Shown here piece after piece: positions 26,423-40,560 of a stretch of DNA of 64,000 nt. The stretch's first letter is position 1; the number at the start of each line of letters is the position of its first letter. Both the position numbers and the translations under genes were made by a program. The stretch lies in the NCBI RefSeq assembly GCF_009914755.1, contig NC_060946.1; one strand, 5' to 3'. The DNA comes from the human T2T-CHM13v2.0 reference genome, Homo sapiens. The notes beneath the pieces are model-generated. The model was given only the letters and a program-made list of their open reading frames with translations. It was not told where the DNA came from and did no database searches.

Positions 26423-26608
26423 CCAGTGCTATGCCAGAACCAGCTTGCACCGACTCTTCCAGGATCAGCATTCAGCAGCATCACTGTGGTTGCTTGGAAC
26501 AGCCCATGGTGGGAGTGTTTACACCAAGGAAATCAGCAAATGCCATCAATCAAGACCGTTTTATTTTTTCATGGAGTGGCTGTTAAACATTCACCAGCAC
26601 ACCCCTGG
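26423..26608. mobile_element. MER63-like hAT-Blackjack relic
   Basis: 'catggtgggagtgtttacaccaaggaaatcagcaaatgc...tgttaaacattcaccagcacacccctgg'. Confidence 0.75.
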
Positions 26609-27174
26609 GCCCAAGAGAAGAAAGATGAATGGGAATCATGTAAAGGACAACAAGGGATGGGATGGGAGAGGAGTGCGACTTAGATGATGTGGCCCTTTGA
26701 ATGTCATTCACGCCTTCTTCAAGCCTATCGGATGCCATGCAGTGCAGGGGAAGGGCGTGGGCTGCAGAGGTGGAGCTGGATTTGAATTCTCTCATCTCAA
26801 GGATGGGAGATCTGAGGCCCACACTGGGGCTGGACCTGCTCAAGATGAGAGAGTTGCAGACGGCAGAGGCAGGGCTCAAACTCAGCCGCTCTCACTCCTT
26901 GGTGGCCTCTTACTTCATCAAGGGGCCAGTCTCATCAGCTCACCCTGACCCTGAAGTCAAAGTCTAAACAGTGCAATTCACTGGCTGCAGTGGTGTGTCT
27001 GGGAGGCAGTCTTACAGGGTGTGTTCCCTTAGTTGCACCTCTGTTCTTGAGCTTTGTGTCTTTCTGCAAAACTAAACCAAACAATAAACACTTGAAGCCC
27101 CCAATGAGCTCATGTCGTTAAACCCTATTGGAAAACAGTTTTTTTTTTTAAAAAAAAAAAACAAAGAAGAAGAA

Positions 27175-27609
27175 GGTTGGGTACAGTGGCTCATGCCTAT
27201 AATCCCAGCACTTTGGGAGGCCAAGGCTGGTAGATCACCTGAGGTCAGGAGTTCGAGAGCAGCCTGGCCAACATGGTGAAACCCCGTCTCTACTAAAAAT
27301 ACAACAATTAGCCGGGCGTGGTGGGCCATGCCTGTAATCCCAGCACTTTGGGAGGCTGAGGCGGGCGGATCACCTGAGGTCAGGAGTTTGAGACCAGCCT
27401 GGCCAACATGGCAAAAACCCGTCTCTACTAAAAATACAAAAATTAGCTGGGCGTGGTGGCACACGTCTGTAATCCCAGCTACTCAGGAGGTTGAGGCAGG
27501 AGAATCACTTGAACCTGGGAGGCAGAGGTGGCAGTGAGCTGAGATCACATCACTGTACTTCAGCCTGGGTAACAGAGACTCTGTCTCAAAAAATAAAAAT
27601 AAAAAAATA
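27175..27609 (+). mobile_element. Three-monomer Alu (left-left-right, AluSx-like)
   Basis: Two consecutive left monomers, then one right monomer; single outer TSD aaagaagaagaa. Confidence 0.93.
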
Positions 27610-28064
27610 AAAGAAGAAGAAGAAAAAAGCCTGCATTGATTTCCCCATACATTTGCACAAGCTGCAGAACTTGGTTCTTTTATCTTCATTTGGAAACAAG
27701 TTGAAACAGCCCTCCAAATTAAGAAAACAACTTTACAAATTCAAGTTTTATGTTCTCTTATTTTAGAAATATTCATGGCCTCAATATGTCTCTCCTAAGT
27801 ACTTATATAAAAACATTTTTCTCTTCCATTTGCCAATTTATAATGATTTTTTTCATTCTACTTACAACAAAGCAATCATTTCAAATTAATTGTTTTCATT
27901 AAAATGTATTATTGTAATGTCCCAGGTACTGAATAGTGATTTTGTTTGACAGAACAAGCCTGAAAGAAAAATATTATACATTTTGCAAGTAGACAATTTC
28001 AACCCAATTCCTTCCTCTGGCACGAAGCACAGGGGATTTGCACACAGTAGGTTGAGAGAATAAC

Positions 28065-28310
28065 TAGCAACAATAATTATCAGTGTCATGCATCAGGAGA
28101 GTACATTTATAGAGGACTTTCAGAAGTGCACAGCTATTTTGCATATGTTATTTCATTTAATTCCAAGCATTCTTCCACGTAGACCTATTTATCTCTCTTT
28201 TTTATTTTTATTGAGAAAACCAAGACCCAGAAATGCGAGGTCACTCACCAAAGGTCACACAGTCTCAAGAGGCAGAGCTGTCATTTGACCCTGGGTCTTT
28301 CCACCTCCAG
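28065..28310 (-). mobile_element. MIR
   Basis: 'ttgagaaaaccaagacccagaaatgcgaggtcactcaccaaaggtcacacag'. Confidence 0.7.
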
Positions 28311-28880
28311 ATGCACCTGAGCATGGAGTGTGCAGGGGGAGGTGGGGTCTGGGTCCCAGAAGGAGCTGAGGATCTCCTCACTCTCCCTTCCCAACTTGTT
28401 TATTCTCCATTCAAAGCACAGTTATTTTCTTTGCAAGACCAACGAGGTTGATTCAAAATCAGAGTCATTTTAACGTCTTAAAAATATCAAGTAGAGCTTA
28501 GAAAATTCAAGCACTAGAGGGAAAAAAATTCTCAAGTTATTTAGAAAGAAAATTTACCTTGATTCTGAGGGTCCTTGAGCTTTCTGCTTTTTGCTCCTTT
28601 TTTGGGCCATGCTGAGTGGGGGCCGGGGCTGTGGTGGGAAATTGAGAGTTGCATGAGATCTCCAGATGCTTCTCAGCCCCTCAGTGCCGTGGAGAAAAGA
28701 GGAAAACACTCATCTGGACGATCCGTGTCTTGCAGACTCGGTCTCAAATCCTTTGGGGTGAGAATTCTGAGTCCTGGGGGGCATTTATGAGGGAAGCCAC
28801 ACAGAGTGTTCGCTAGTGGGATGAAGAAAGGAAACCAAACTGGGTTCTTTGGTGCAAAAATAAAATAAATTCTTATTTGT

Positions 28881-29266
28881 TGATATGGTTTGGCTCTGTG
28901 TCCCCACCCAAATCTCATGTTGAATTGTAATCCCTAATGCTGGGGGAGGGACTTGGTGGGAGGGGCTTGGATCATGTGGGTGGAGTTCCCCTTGCTGTTC
29001 TGGTGGTAGTGAGTGAGTTCTCATGAGATCCAATGGTTTAAAGGGATGTGGCACTTTCCTCCTCATGTGCTGTCTCTGTCCTGCCACCGTGTGAAGAAGG
29101 TTCTTGCTTCCCCCCTTGCCTTCCACCATGATTGTAACTTTCCTGAGGCCTCCCAATCATGCTTCCTGTTAAGCCTGCAGAACTGTGAGTCAATTAAACC
29201 TCTTTTCTTCATAAATCGCCCAGTCCCAGATAGTTCTTTATAGCAGTGTGAGAATGGACTAACACA
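28881..29266 (+). mobile_element. THE1D/MSTA-like solo LTR
   Basis: TGATATGGTTTGGCTCTGTGTCCCCACCCAAATCTCATG start; 'gagaatggactaacaca' end. Confidence 0.92.
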
Positions 29267-29570
29267 CTCGTTCATTATTGAATGCTGTGTTCTTGCTCTG
29301 GGTCCTTGTGTTCATTTTCCACCGTATTTCCCTCTCCAGGGTGCCCACGCCCCCTCCCCCATCCCATCCTATTACTGTGCTGAACGCTGTCATCTTCACT
29401 CTCATAGTCCCACCAGCAGGGCCAGGGCTCCTCCCTACCCAACCAGCACGCCATCAACACACTTCCTAACACGCTTCCCTCTGTGCCAGCCTGCTTACCT
29501 CTAGCTCTTTGCTTGTGACATTTTCTCCAACTAGAACACAGAGCAATAACAGGGAGAGGAAGAGCGTGGC

Positions 29571-30160
29571 TGATACAGCACGTTCCCTGGACCCAGTAGC
29601 CATGAGTTAACCCCCGCTGAGGCATTACTGGTCTCGCCTTGGGCATGGCAATCAGCTCTCTGATGTTCATTGGTAACACCCATAAGAAAACCACCTCACA
29701 GGCTCAGGATAACACACTGACATGAACCCTCTTAGCTGGCAACTGGTCCACGCTGATGGAACAAAGGTCATCATTTTGTACCTGACACTACTCCAGTAGT
29801 GCTGGGTGAGCCGCTCACCCTTCCCAAAGGATGTGGAATTGAGCCCAGGAACAGGTTCATGTCTCCCAGAGGCTGGACTTGTACCTATAGGATCAGGAGC
29901 CACAGGAGGCCACAGGGGAACAGAGGCAAAAAAACCTCAGTAGAAGGAGGAATAGAACCTGGTGTGCAGGAAGAGCAGGGAGATGGACGGAGACTCTGGT
30001 CACTTCTGATTCTGATCCCATCCCTTCCTGAGGTCCCATCCACATTCCTGCCCTCGCCATGTAGGATACTCCACAAACCCCATAACTGCCTCCTACTTTT
30101 CCTTTACTCTGACCCAAGGACCCATGTTTGTTTCTGTTATTAGTGAGCAGATGATTTCAA
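29571..30160 (+). mobile_element. Probable old ERVL LTR (LTR16-like)
   Basis: 3' part 'ttcctgaggtcccatccacattcctgccct...tttgtttctgttatt' resembles LTR16; highly diverged. Confidence 0.4.
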
Positions 30161-33100
30161 TCAACATCACGAAGAGGGCAGCCAGTGGAGTGCCTGTCAC
30201 ATGATTGGGGCTCAGTGGCCACAGCCTCCTTCCACACCCCACTTCCAGCTTCCAGCAGCTGGAATCAGACCACTCAGCCAGCATGACCTCAGCCCTAAAC
30301 GGAACTATCGCCCCTGAGCGAGATTCCCACGGGGCTCCAGAACCAATCTTGTGCACCTCTGTGCCCTAATAGCTTTTGAAGAAATGGCACTCTTGTAAGA
30401 GGTGGCTCCAAGGACCCTGCAAAAGTGTGCAGATTACCCAGAACCTGCAGCAGTGAGGGAAGGAGCAGAGGAGAGGCACAAATGGAGCCTGGGCACCAGC
30501 AGGGAGGCTCAGCTGCTTGCACCTTCATGAGTCACAGATCACCTGGCTGAGCGCTCTCCTCCCTCACCTGTTGCTGCCCGGAGTCATGTCTATCCCGCAG
30601 TCCTGCCTCCACTGCACCCTTGGCATGATCCGTACTGCAGGCTCCAGCCAGAGCTCGCCAGCTGCACCCAGAGCTGCCGGGATGAGATGACAGGCCGCCA
30701 CAGGCCAGGGTCAGAGCTAGGGCCCTCAGCACCCCACCTCCCCTGGGCAATGCTGGCTGTTAGAGACACTGTTCACCCTTCAAAGCAATGGCCCATTGGC
30801 TGAGATGAGATCCACAGAATTTATGCTCGATTCCTGATGACATTATTTAAATTGCCTCTGATTTATCACTAACCCAGTATGCATTGTCATTTCTAAGTAA
30901 TTACAGAAAATATTGTAATCTAAATACTATTACATCAGGAACACAACTCAGAATAAATACTGCCTCTGCCTTCAGTCAACTCAGTAATGTGAATCGATAC
31001 CTACTGATTTTTTGAATGTGAACATGTTGAGAGGTCTTGAATTCCTATCACTGCGGCTGGGTCATAAATCCTCCTTAGTTAAAGAATGAGGAGCCCACAG
31101 GCAGCCTGGTCTCCCTCACATACTTCTGCAGGTGCAGACCTTCCTGCAGGTCCTGTGGGCTGGTGCCCCTCAGGGGTCAGCAGGGCACTCAGTGTCCCAA
31201 CAGAATGAGTTCAGCCACAGCCCCTGCCTGAAATGTGCAAAGTCAGCTTTCTCCCAGACGGCCTTCATCAAATAATTTATGCAAATACATGCCATGACCA
31301 GTAGTGTGCTAGGTACAATGACTGATACCAGGACATAAGATGTGACCCTTGTGCCCAGAACATATTCTAAGGCCCATCTGAAGAGTCTAACTCAGGTGTC
31401 TGAATCATGAGATTTGGTTTCAGGTGTGGTTCCACTCTGCTCCTTACTGGCTGGTGGCCCTGGAGCAGACTTAACCTCTCTGAGCTGCAGGCGTACCCCT
31501 GGTAAAACAGGACCAACATACGTCCTATCTATTTCATATCACAACTGGTCAACAGAGTTGATGGATAAGAAACATTTGTGGATTGCAAAGTGCTATACAG
31601 AAGTGAGGAATAGTATTATTATAGAAGGCCGACGATTCCTGGAAAATACAGTAATCCATTTATGGTCAGAGGAGCAAGAAGAATTCTTCAGACAAATATG
31701 TACCATTACACTCACTTCCTTGTAAATGAAAACAGAACTCATTAAAACTAGTATAAACAACACATTATAGAATATAATCAATTTCCATAAAACAGATCAT
31801 TAAAAGAAGGAGACAAAATGGGACAGAGTCTGGTACATTGTAAGTGCTCAAAGTTATTTGTTGAACAAATGAAAAAATAAGTGAGAAAAAAGACATAGAG
31901 AAGGAAGAATCTGTGGGACCCACTGAGAAGCTGACAGCCCAGGTAAAAGCAATGGGAGATGCTGTGAGGAAAGGAGAGCCATGTAGTACCTGGTGCAGCA
32001 CTGGGAGCCCTGAGGGTCACTGGGGACAACGGCAAAGCTGTTCTAGAAGGAAGGACAAACAGAGAAGAAGAAAAATGGAGTGCAGAAAGAAAAGCCAAAT
32101 ACTCCCCTGTCCCACAACACAGGAGTGTTCCAGTGCTCCGAACGATAAATAACAAAATCAGTACTCAGAACATGAAATAACTCCAGACAAAATTAATTGC
32201 ATGGGGACAATTTGTCTACAACAAAAATAATTATGTTTAGGGTGTTTAAAGAGATAACAGAGGTGAAGGAGGGAGAATGTCCTTTTAAAAGCACAAGAAA
32301 CTATAGAAAAATAGAACAGGCACATAAGAAATAACAAAAAACATTTCTTTAAAATAAACAATTAGAAAACTAAGAAATTAAAAATACAGCCAAAGAAAAT
32401 ACGTGATAACAGGAACACATTTTAGGCAGAACAGGGTTAAAGAGAGAATTAGTGAATTGGAGACAATATTGAAGAACTCACCTGGAATACTGCATAGAGA
32501 GACAAACTGACTTCTGTAGATAAATATGGATGTGTGCATGCATGCACACATGTACACTGCACTTCATTGATTCCATTTTCTCATTTTAATATATCTGAAA
32601 TTGGAGCACACCTTGCAACTGAAGGTGACTTACAACCACTCTTGGTCTAGACTGGAGACATCTTCCAAAGAGAATCTTCATTTGCCCCGCCAGTCACTTG
32701 GAAGTATTACTGACCTAAGGTCATTTAAAATTAAAATCTATAGTTAAGATTTACATTTGAACTGTAAATCTGAGTGTGTAAAGTTTGGAGGTTAAAACCT
32801 CAGGACAGATTGTCAGAGGTTTTTTTTTTTTTTCCTGCCTTTTGCTCACAGTGGGTTTATTTCTCATTTCTCATTTCTTCTTACAGCAAGCCTGCAGCCC
32901 TTTGGGGTCCTCACCTTATGTAGGGGTCTTCTACTAAACTCCTTGTCTGTGGCACCTTTATTTCTTAGTGGTGCATGAAAATAATGGTTCCTCCTTCTAT
33001 TGATGGCTTCTTAGGCTGCTTGAGGTGTGTTTATCTCCACATCTACACACACATACTCACAAGCAGATGAGAGGTGGAGAATAGTCAAGGAGGTCCTATA

Positions 33101-33191
33101 TCTCTGAAATAACAATTTCAGAAGAAGAAAATAGAGAAGCTCTATATGAAAAGCTAGTAATTTATTTTTTGCAGATTCAGAGAAAAACAGG

Positions 33192-33548
33192 TGTATTAGT
33201 CTGTTTTCATGCTGCTGATAAAGACATACTCAAGACTGGGAAATTTACAGAAGAAAGGGGTTTAGTGGACTCACAGTTCTACATGGCTGGGGAGGCCTCA
33301 CAATCATGACAGAAGGTGAAAGGCACATCTGACATAGCAGCAGACAAGAAGAAAACTTGTGCAGGGAAACTCCCCTTTATAAAACCATCATATCTCATGA
33401 GACTTATTCACTATCATGAGAATAGCATGGGATAGACCTGCCCCCATGATTCAATTACCTTCCATTGGGTCCCTCCCACAACATGTGGGAACTGTGGGAG
33501 CTACAATTCAAAATGAGATTTGGGTGGGGACACAGCCAAACCATGTCA
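33192..33548 (-). mobile_element. THE1 (THE1B/C-like) solo LTR inside an old L1/HAL1 ORF1 relic
   Basis: 'tgtattagtctgttttcatgctgctgataaagacata' to 'cacagccaaaccatgtca'; TSD ACAGG. Confidence 0.95.
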
Positions 33549-34951
33549 ACAGGAGTCCTCAGTTCAAAATTGCAGTAGAGGTAAAGAACAGAATAAACAA
33601 ACAAACCAAACAAATCTCACATGTAGGGACGGTAGTGAAGCTACACAATAGCAAGATAAAAAGAGAAAATGTTAAAAGCTACAAGACAGAAAAGACAGAT
33701 TCCTATAAAGGATCATGAATTAGATGGGTAGTAGATTTATCCACAATGATAAAGATCAGAAGAAATGAAATAATGCCTTCAAACGACTGAGGAAAAATAA
33801 TTATTAACCTATAATTTATACCAATATAAACAATTACTCAGGAAAAAAAGAAAATAAAAACTTGCAAGGGCTAAAATAACTTGCTTACCACCAAAGATGC
33901 TTGCTCTAAGAACTGTGAAGGGATTCAAGAGGAAAAGTACACCCAGAGAGGGCTCATACATGTAAGAGTAAGCTTAGATATTGATGATTTATAGATTGAT
34001 GAATGTAATTAAATATTGACTTTTGAAATAATAATAGCAGTTTTGAAGTGTTTTTAAGCAAAACGGAATTGCAGATAACAGGAACAGAAAGGGTGATAGC
34101 AGGATGGTATAGTGGTTGGTAAATTCTGCTGCAGTCCAGGTCATGCTGTAGGAAAAGACAGAAATAGGAGCATCCCCTGAAGCAAGTCTTCTTCCGTGAT
34201 GCTTCCCCAGGAGACCCCTTCTTGAGTTTAATACGCTAACTTCATGGAGCTTAATTAGTTCTCAATGCAATATGTCCAGCTATTTATGTGGAAAACATTT
34301 ATATCTATGTCCCAAAGACTCAATTCAACATTTTAAACAAAACAATATAGAGGAAGTCTCAGGTTCTATTCCAAATAATATTGGCAGAATTGCACATGTA
34401 AACATTTTGAAAAGCTCATGAATCTTAGGGTGGGGAAGTGCATGTGGGATGTTGCTGGACCCAAGGGAGGCATTATTCCATGAGGCCACGCCAGTGCTGG
34501 GTTAAATATTAGCCCTGAATGTGCCTGGGATAGGTTGAGAAGCTTCAAATGGAGGAAGAAAAGAAACAGCCCGATGTCTCCTAAAACCTCATGTAAATGA
34601 ATTTATGAAAGTAAACATCAAGACAAAGAGGAAGACTGCATCTTGCAAGTGTTTCACCCAAGAGTATTGAGTAGCTCCTCTGAAGATTTGTCAGACCCCC
34701 TCCTCAGAGCAGCCACCAAACCATGGTCAGCCGTTCCCAGGCCTTGTGAGTCTGACAAATGCCCAAAACAATTCTCTCTCACCCAGGTCCTCTCCCCCTC
34801 CTCCTCCACCACCAGGACACACAGAAACTGCCTCCTCTTTTCAGCCCTCTCCCTTCTCAGCTGACTTTGAGCTACAAATATCCCTTCTCTACTTGGAGAG
34901 CCCCATTTCATTACAGGAATTTGCTTTGAGTTTTATTATCATTTTAGTCTA

Positions 34952-35291
34952 TGTCTTAGATTGGGCTGCTATAACAAGGTGCCATAGGCTGAGCGGCTTA
35001 AACAACAAACACTCATATCCCACAGTTACAGAGGCTGAGAAGCCTGGGGTCAAGGTACCAGCATGGTCTGATTCTGGTGAGGCCCCTTCCCGGTGGCAGA
35101 CTATCAACATCCCTATGCACCCTCACATGGTGGAAAAGACAGCTGGCTCACTCTCTGGTCTCTTCTTACAAGGGCGTCCATCCACCTCATGACCTGTTAC
35201 TTCTCAAAGACCCCACTTACCAAAACCATGGCACTGGGATTAGGGATTCACATATGAATTTTAGAGGGTCACAAAAATTCAGTCCATTGCA
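34952..35291 (-). mobile_element. MLT1A-like LTR
   Basis: 'tgtcttagattgggctgctataaca' to 'attcagtccattgca'; TSD gtcta/gtctg. Confidence 0.88.
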
Positions 35292-36209
35292 GTCTGTGTT
35301 TTCTAAAAAGTGTATCTGCTTTCATTTTTATTTGCCATGCTGTGTGGCAAAGATAATGTTTGCAGAACAGCTTGTAAACTGGATATATTGCTGCCTACAA
35401 AGCAATGGTTTGCTAACAACCACAATAAGTGTTGGTGATCTGGAACTGATACTTAAACATTTTATATCCTAATATGCTCTGTTTTTAGTTTTATCTAGGC
35501 ATTTTTCTGTTTTGGAAACACTCTAGGAAATTGGTTGAGAGTTTTGGATTGATGTGGAATGCCTTACAAATATTTTGCTTTTCAAATATGGGGAAATAAA
35601 CTCCTCGTTAGCACATTTACATAGAACCTCTGATTTTCAGAAGTTCATGGACAATGGATGTGAAGAAATAGACACCTATGTTGAAGCACTTGGATTTCAT
35701 GAGAAAAATGTATATAGAGTTAAATATTTAACGTTTGAAAATGTAGAGAAAAACCACTACAACAGTATAATTACAACATATAAATTCCAAATCAATAAAG
35801 CAAAAAAGAAATTTAGGAAGTACAGTTAATGCAGCGCAAGGCAAGAAGAAAGAGAAGTGAAAAGGATGACACGCTAAAAACATGGGAAGCAGGACCGAAG
35901 TCTAAGCATGGATGTAATCACAATAAGTGCAAAAGGACTAGAATCATGGAATAAAAGTCAAAAAATATTTGTCGCTACCTATTTGTGCTACTATAACAGG
36001 ATATCACAGTCTGGTTAATACATAAAGAAGAAAAATTTGTTTTCTTACAGTTCTGGAGGCTGGGAAATCCAAGATGGAAGCACTGGTAGGTTTGGTGTCT
36101 GGGAGGGCTTCTCTCTGCTTCCAAGATGGTGCCTTGTCGCTGCATCTTCCAGAGGGAAGGAATGCTGTGTCCTTGCAGCACAGAAGGTGAATGCTGCATA
36201 AAGCCTCTA

Positions 36210-36493
36210 TTTTTTTTCTTGGAGATGGAGTTTTGCTCTTGTCGCCCAGGCTAGAGTGCAGTGGCGCTCACTGCAACCTCTGTCTCCCAGGTTCAAGCAA
36301 TTCTCCTGCCTCAGCCTCCTGAGTAGCTGGGATTACAGGCGCACACCACCACGCCTGGCTAATTTTTGTATTTTTAGTAGAGACGCGGTTTCACCATGTT
36401 GGTCAGGCTGGTCTTGAACTCCTGACCTCGTGATCCACCCGCCTCAGCTTCCCAAAGTGCTGGGATTATAGGCGTGAGCCACCGTGCCCGGCC
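36210..36493 (-). mobile_element. Alu (AluSg-like)
   Basis: Antisense Alu; flanks aagcctctatt / aagcctttttt. Confidence 0.96.
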
Positions 36494-36750
36494 TGAAGCC
36501 TTTTTTTTAAGGGCTTTAATCCTACTCATGGTGGGGAGGAGCCCTCATGGCCTCATCATCTCCTAAAGGCCCACCTCCTAATACTATTACATTGACAACA
36601 GTTGAATTTTGGAGGGGACACATTCAAACCATAGCATTCTGTTACTGTCCTCCCAAAATTCATGTTCTTATCACGTACAAAATACATTCATTTCATCTCA
36701 ATAGCCCCAAAAAGTCTTAACTTGTTCCAGTATCAACTTTAAAGTCTTAG

Positions 36751-36885
36751 TCCAAACATATGGATCCATATCTAAACATATGGATACATATCTAAACATA
36801 CAGATACGTGTCTAAACATATGGATACATATCTAAACATATGGATATATGTCTAAACATATGGATACATGTCTAAACATATGGAT
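36751..36885. repeat. 20-bp minisatellite, consensus TCTAAACATATGGATACATA, about 6.7 copies
   Basis: Exact 20-bp phase visible. Confidence 0.97.
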
Positions 36886-37267
36886 GAGACTCAAAGCATG
36901 ATTTGTCCTGAGGCAAATTCTCCTCCAGCTGTGAATCTGTGAAATCAAACAAGTTATGAGCCTTCAAACACACTGTGGGACAGGCGCAGTGCAGACAATT
37001 CTATTACAAAATGGACACACAGGCAAGAAGACAGAGATAACAGGCCTTAAGTAAGTCTAACACCCAACAAGACAAATATTCAATCTTGACAGTCATCTTT
37101 GATTTCATGCCCCACCTTCTGGACACACGGGGGTGAGGTTTGGGCATCCAAGGCTCCTGACAGCCCCACCCCACAGCTTTGCTGGGAATTGCCCTTGTGG
37201 GGGCTCTCTTGGGTGACCCCAGCCCTGCAGCAGGTCTATGCCTGGACCCCACAGCTATCTGAGACTT

Positions 37268-38000
37268 TGAAACCACCTTTGCAAAATTATAACTGAGGAA
37301 ATAATGACAGTGAAAGAAATCACACCTAACCTACCCCATCTTGCTTCCAACCTTTAAGCTGTCCTTGTTCATTCCTGGACATAGGCTGAACTAACTTTGG
37401 GAAGGAATTCGGTTCATGGTTTGACTCTGAAACAAAACTGATATAACCCTTTCCCAAAAAGACCCCCTTCTTGTCTGGGGACCAGTCTGCTGCCTTTGCA
37501 GGACTAACAAATTAGCTACAAGATTAGAAATTACAGTTTAGGGATCATGCAAGCCTCTGGCTCCAAGAGTCTGAACCTCCCCAAATTGCTCCTGGGCATA
37601 ACATCACTATTGTAAAACCTAAGATCAGTGCTTTAGATATTTTGCAGACCTTGCACTGGATGGATCAGCTGACATCACCCAGACCAGTAATGTGGCCCAA
37701 TCATTTCTACCATCACACCTGGGAACAGAAAACAGCAAGAAAAATTCACTTCAACCCCCTGTGATTCCATCTCCAACCTGACCAATCAGCACTCCCCACT
37801 TTCCAAGCTCCTACCTGCCAAATTATCTTTAAAAACTCTGATCCCCGAATGCCTGGGGAAACTGATTTGAGTAATAATAAAACTCCGGTCTCCTGCACAG
37901 CCGGATCTGCAACGATTACTCTTTCTCCATTGCAATTTCCCGTCTTCATAAATTGGCTTTGTCTAGGCAGCGGGCAAGGTGAACCCACCCGGCAGTTACA
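37268..38000 (+). mobile_element. LTR8-family (LTR8A-like) ERV1 solo LTR
   Basis: TGAAACCACCTTTGCAAAATTATAACTGAGGAAA start, 'ggcagttaca' end; TSD actt/acat. Confidence 0.9.
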
Positions 38001-38654
38001 ACATCTTTTGACATCTGGGTAGAGGCAGCCCCGGCTCCACAGCTCATGCACTGGGTGCCTACAGAATCAGCCCCACATGGATGCAACAGGGCTCACCAAT
38101 TGCACCCTCTGGGGCAGGGTCCCACGCCTCACTTAGCCCTGGCTGAGCCACAGCTGGGGAGGCTGAGGAGCACTGTGCCAGAGTGTGTGGAGCAGAGACT
38201 TGAGACACCCTGGGCAGTGAGTCTGAAGGTCCCAAGGGTGCCCTGAGCGCCTCCCAGTTTCTTCCCCCAAGGCCCTGGCACTCTGGGCTTGTGATGGACA
38301 TGGCAGCCTTGAAGAAGGTTTTATTGGATTTTTAAATGTTACTAATTCCTAACCACAAGAAACACATCTGAAAAGAAATCAAGCAGAAAAGTTGAAAATA
38401 AAGAGATGGAATATATATATGAAAACTACTACATATAGGAAGGGATGTAGCAAAGACACAGAGAGAATATAATTTAAGGCAAAAAGCTTCAATAGGATTT
38501 CAAAGCAAACCTTGCATACTAAAAAAAGGAAACCAAAAATAAACCAAAAGAAACCGAAAACCATGAACTTGCAGGAGAATTTTCCAAAGCCGTAATTATA
38601 ATGAGAGTGTTTTTAAGTCTATAAGAAATTAATATATCAAACAAATAAAGATTA

Positions 38655-40560
<1,906 letters not shown>

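Larger units (their letters stand above)
35970..38310 (-). mobile_element. MST MaLR 3' LTR (to 36636) plus internal sequence, interrupted by an Alu, a minisatellite and LTR8
   Basis: LTR ends 'ggaggggacacattcaaaccatagca' and runs into MaLR-int 'tcccaaaattcatgttc..caaaatacattcat..atagccccaaaaagtcttaa'. Confidence 0.8.

Noticed and set aside
34746-35192. 148-aa ORF with a hydrophobic segment
   Set aside because: Non-ATG start, and the 3' half is antisense MLT1A; nearby acceptor-like tracts alone are insufficient
36751-36885. CRISPR-like periodicity here and at 60387-60712
   Set aside because: Head-to-tail repeats without unique spacers, no cas genes, eukaryotic context
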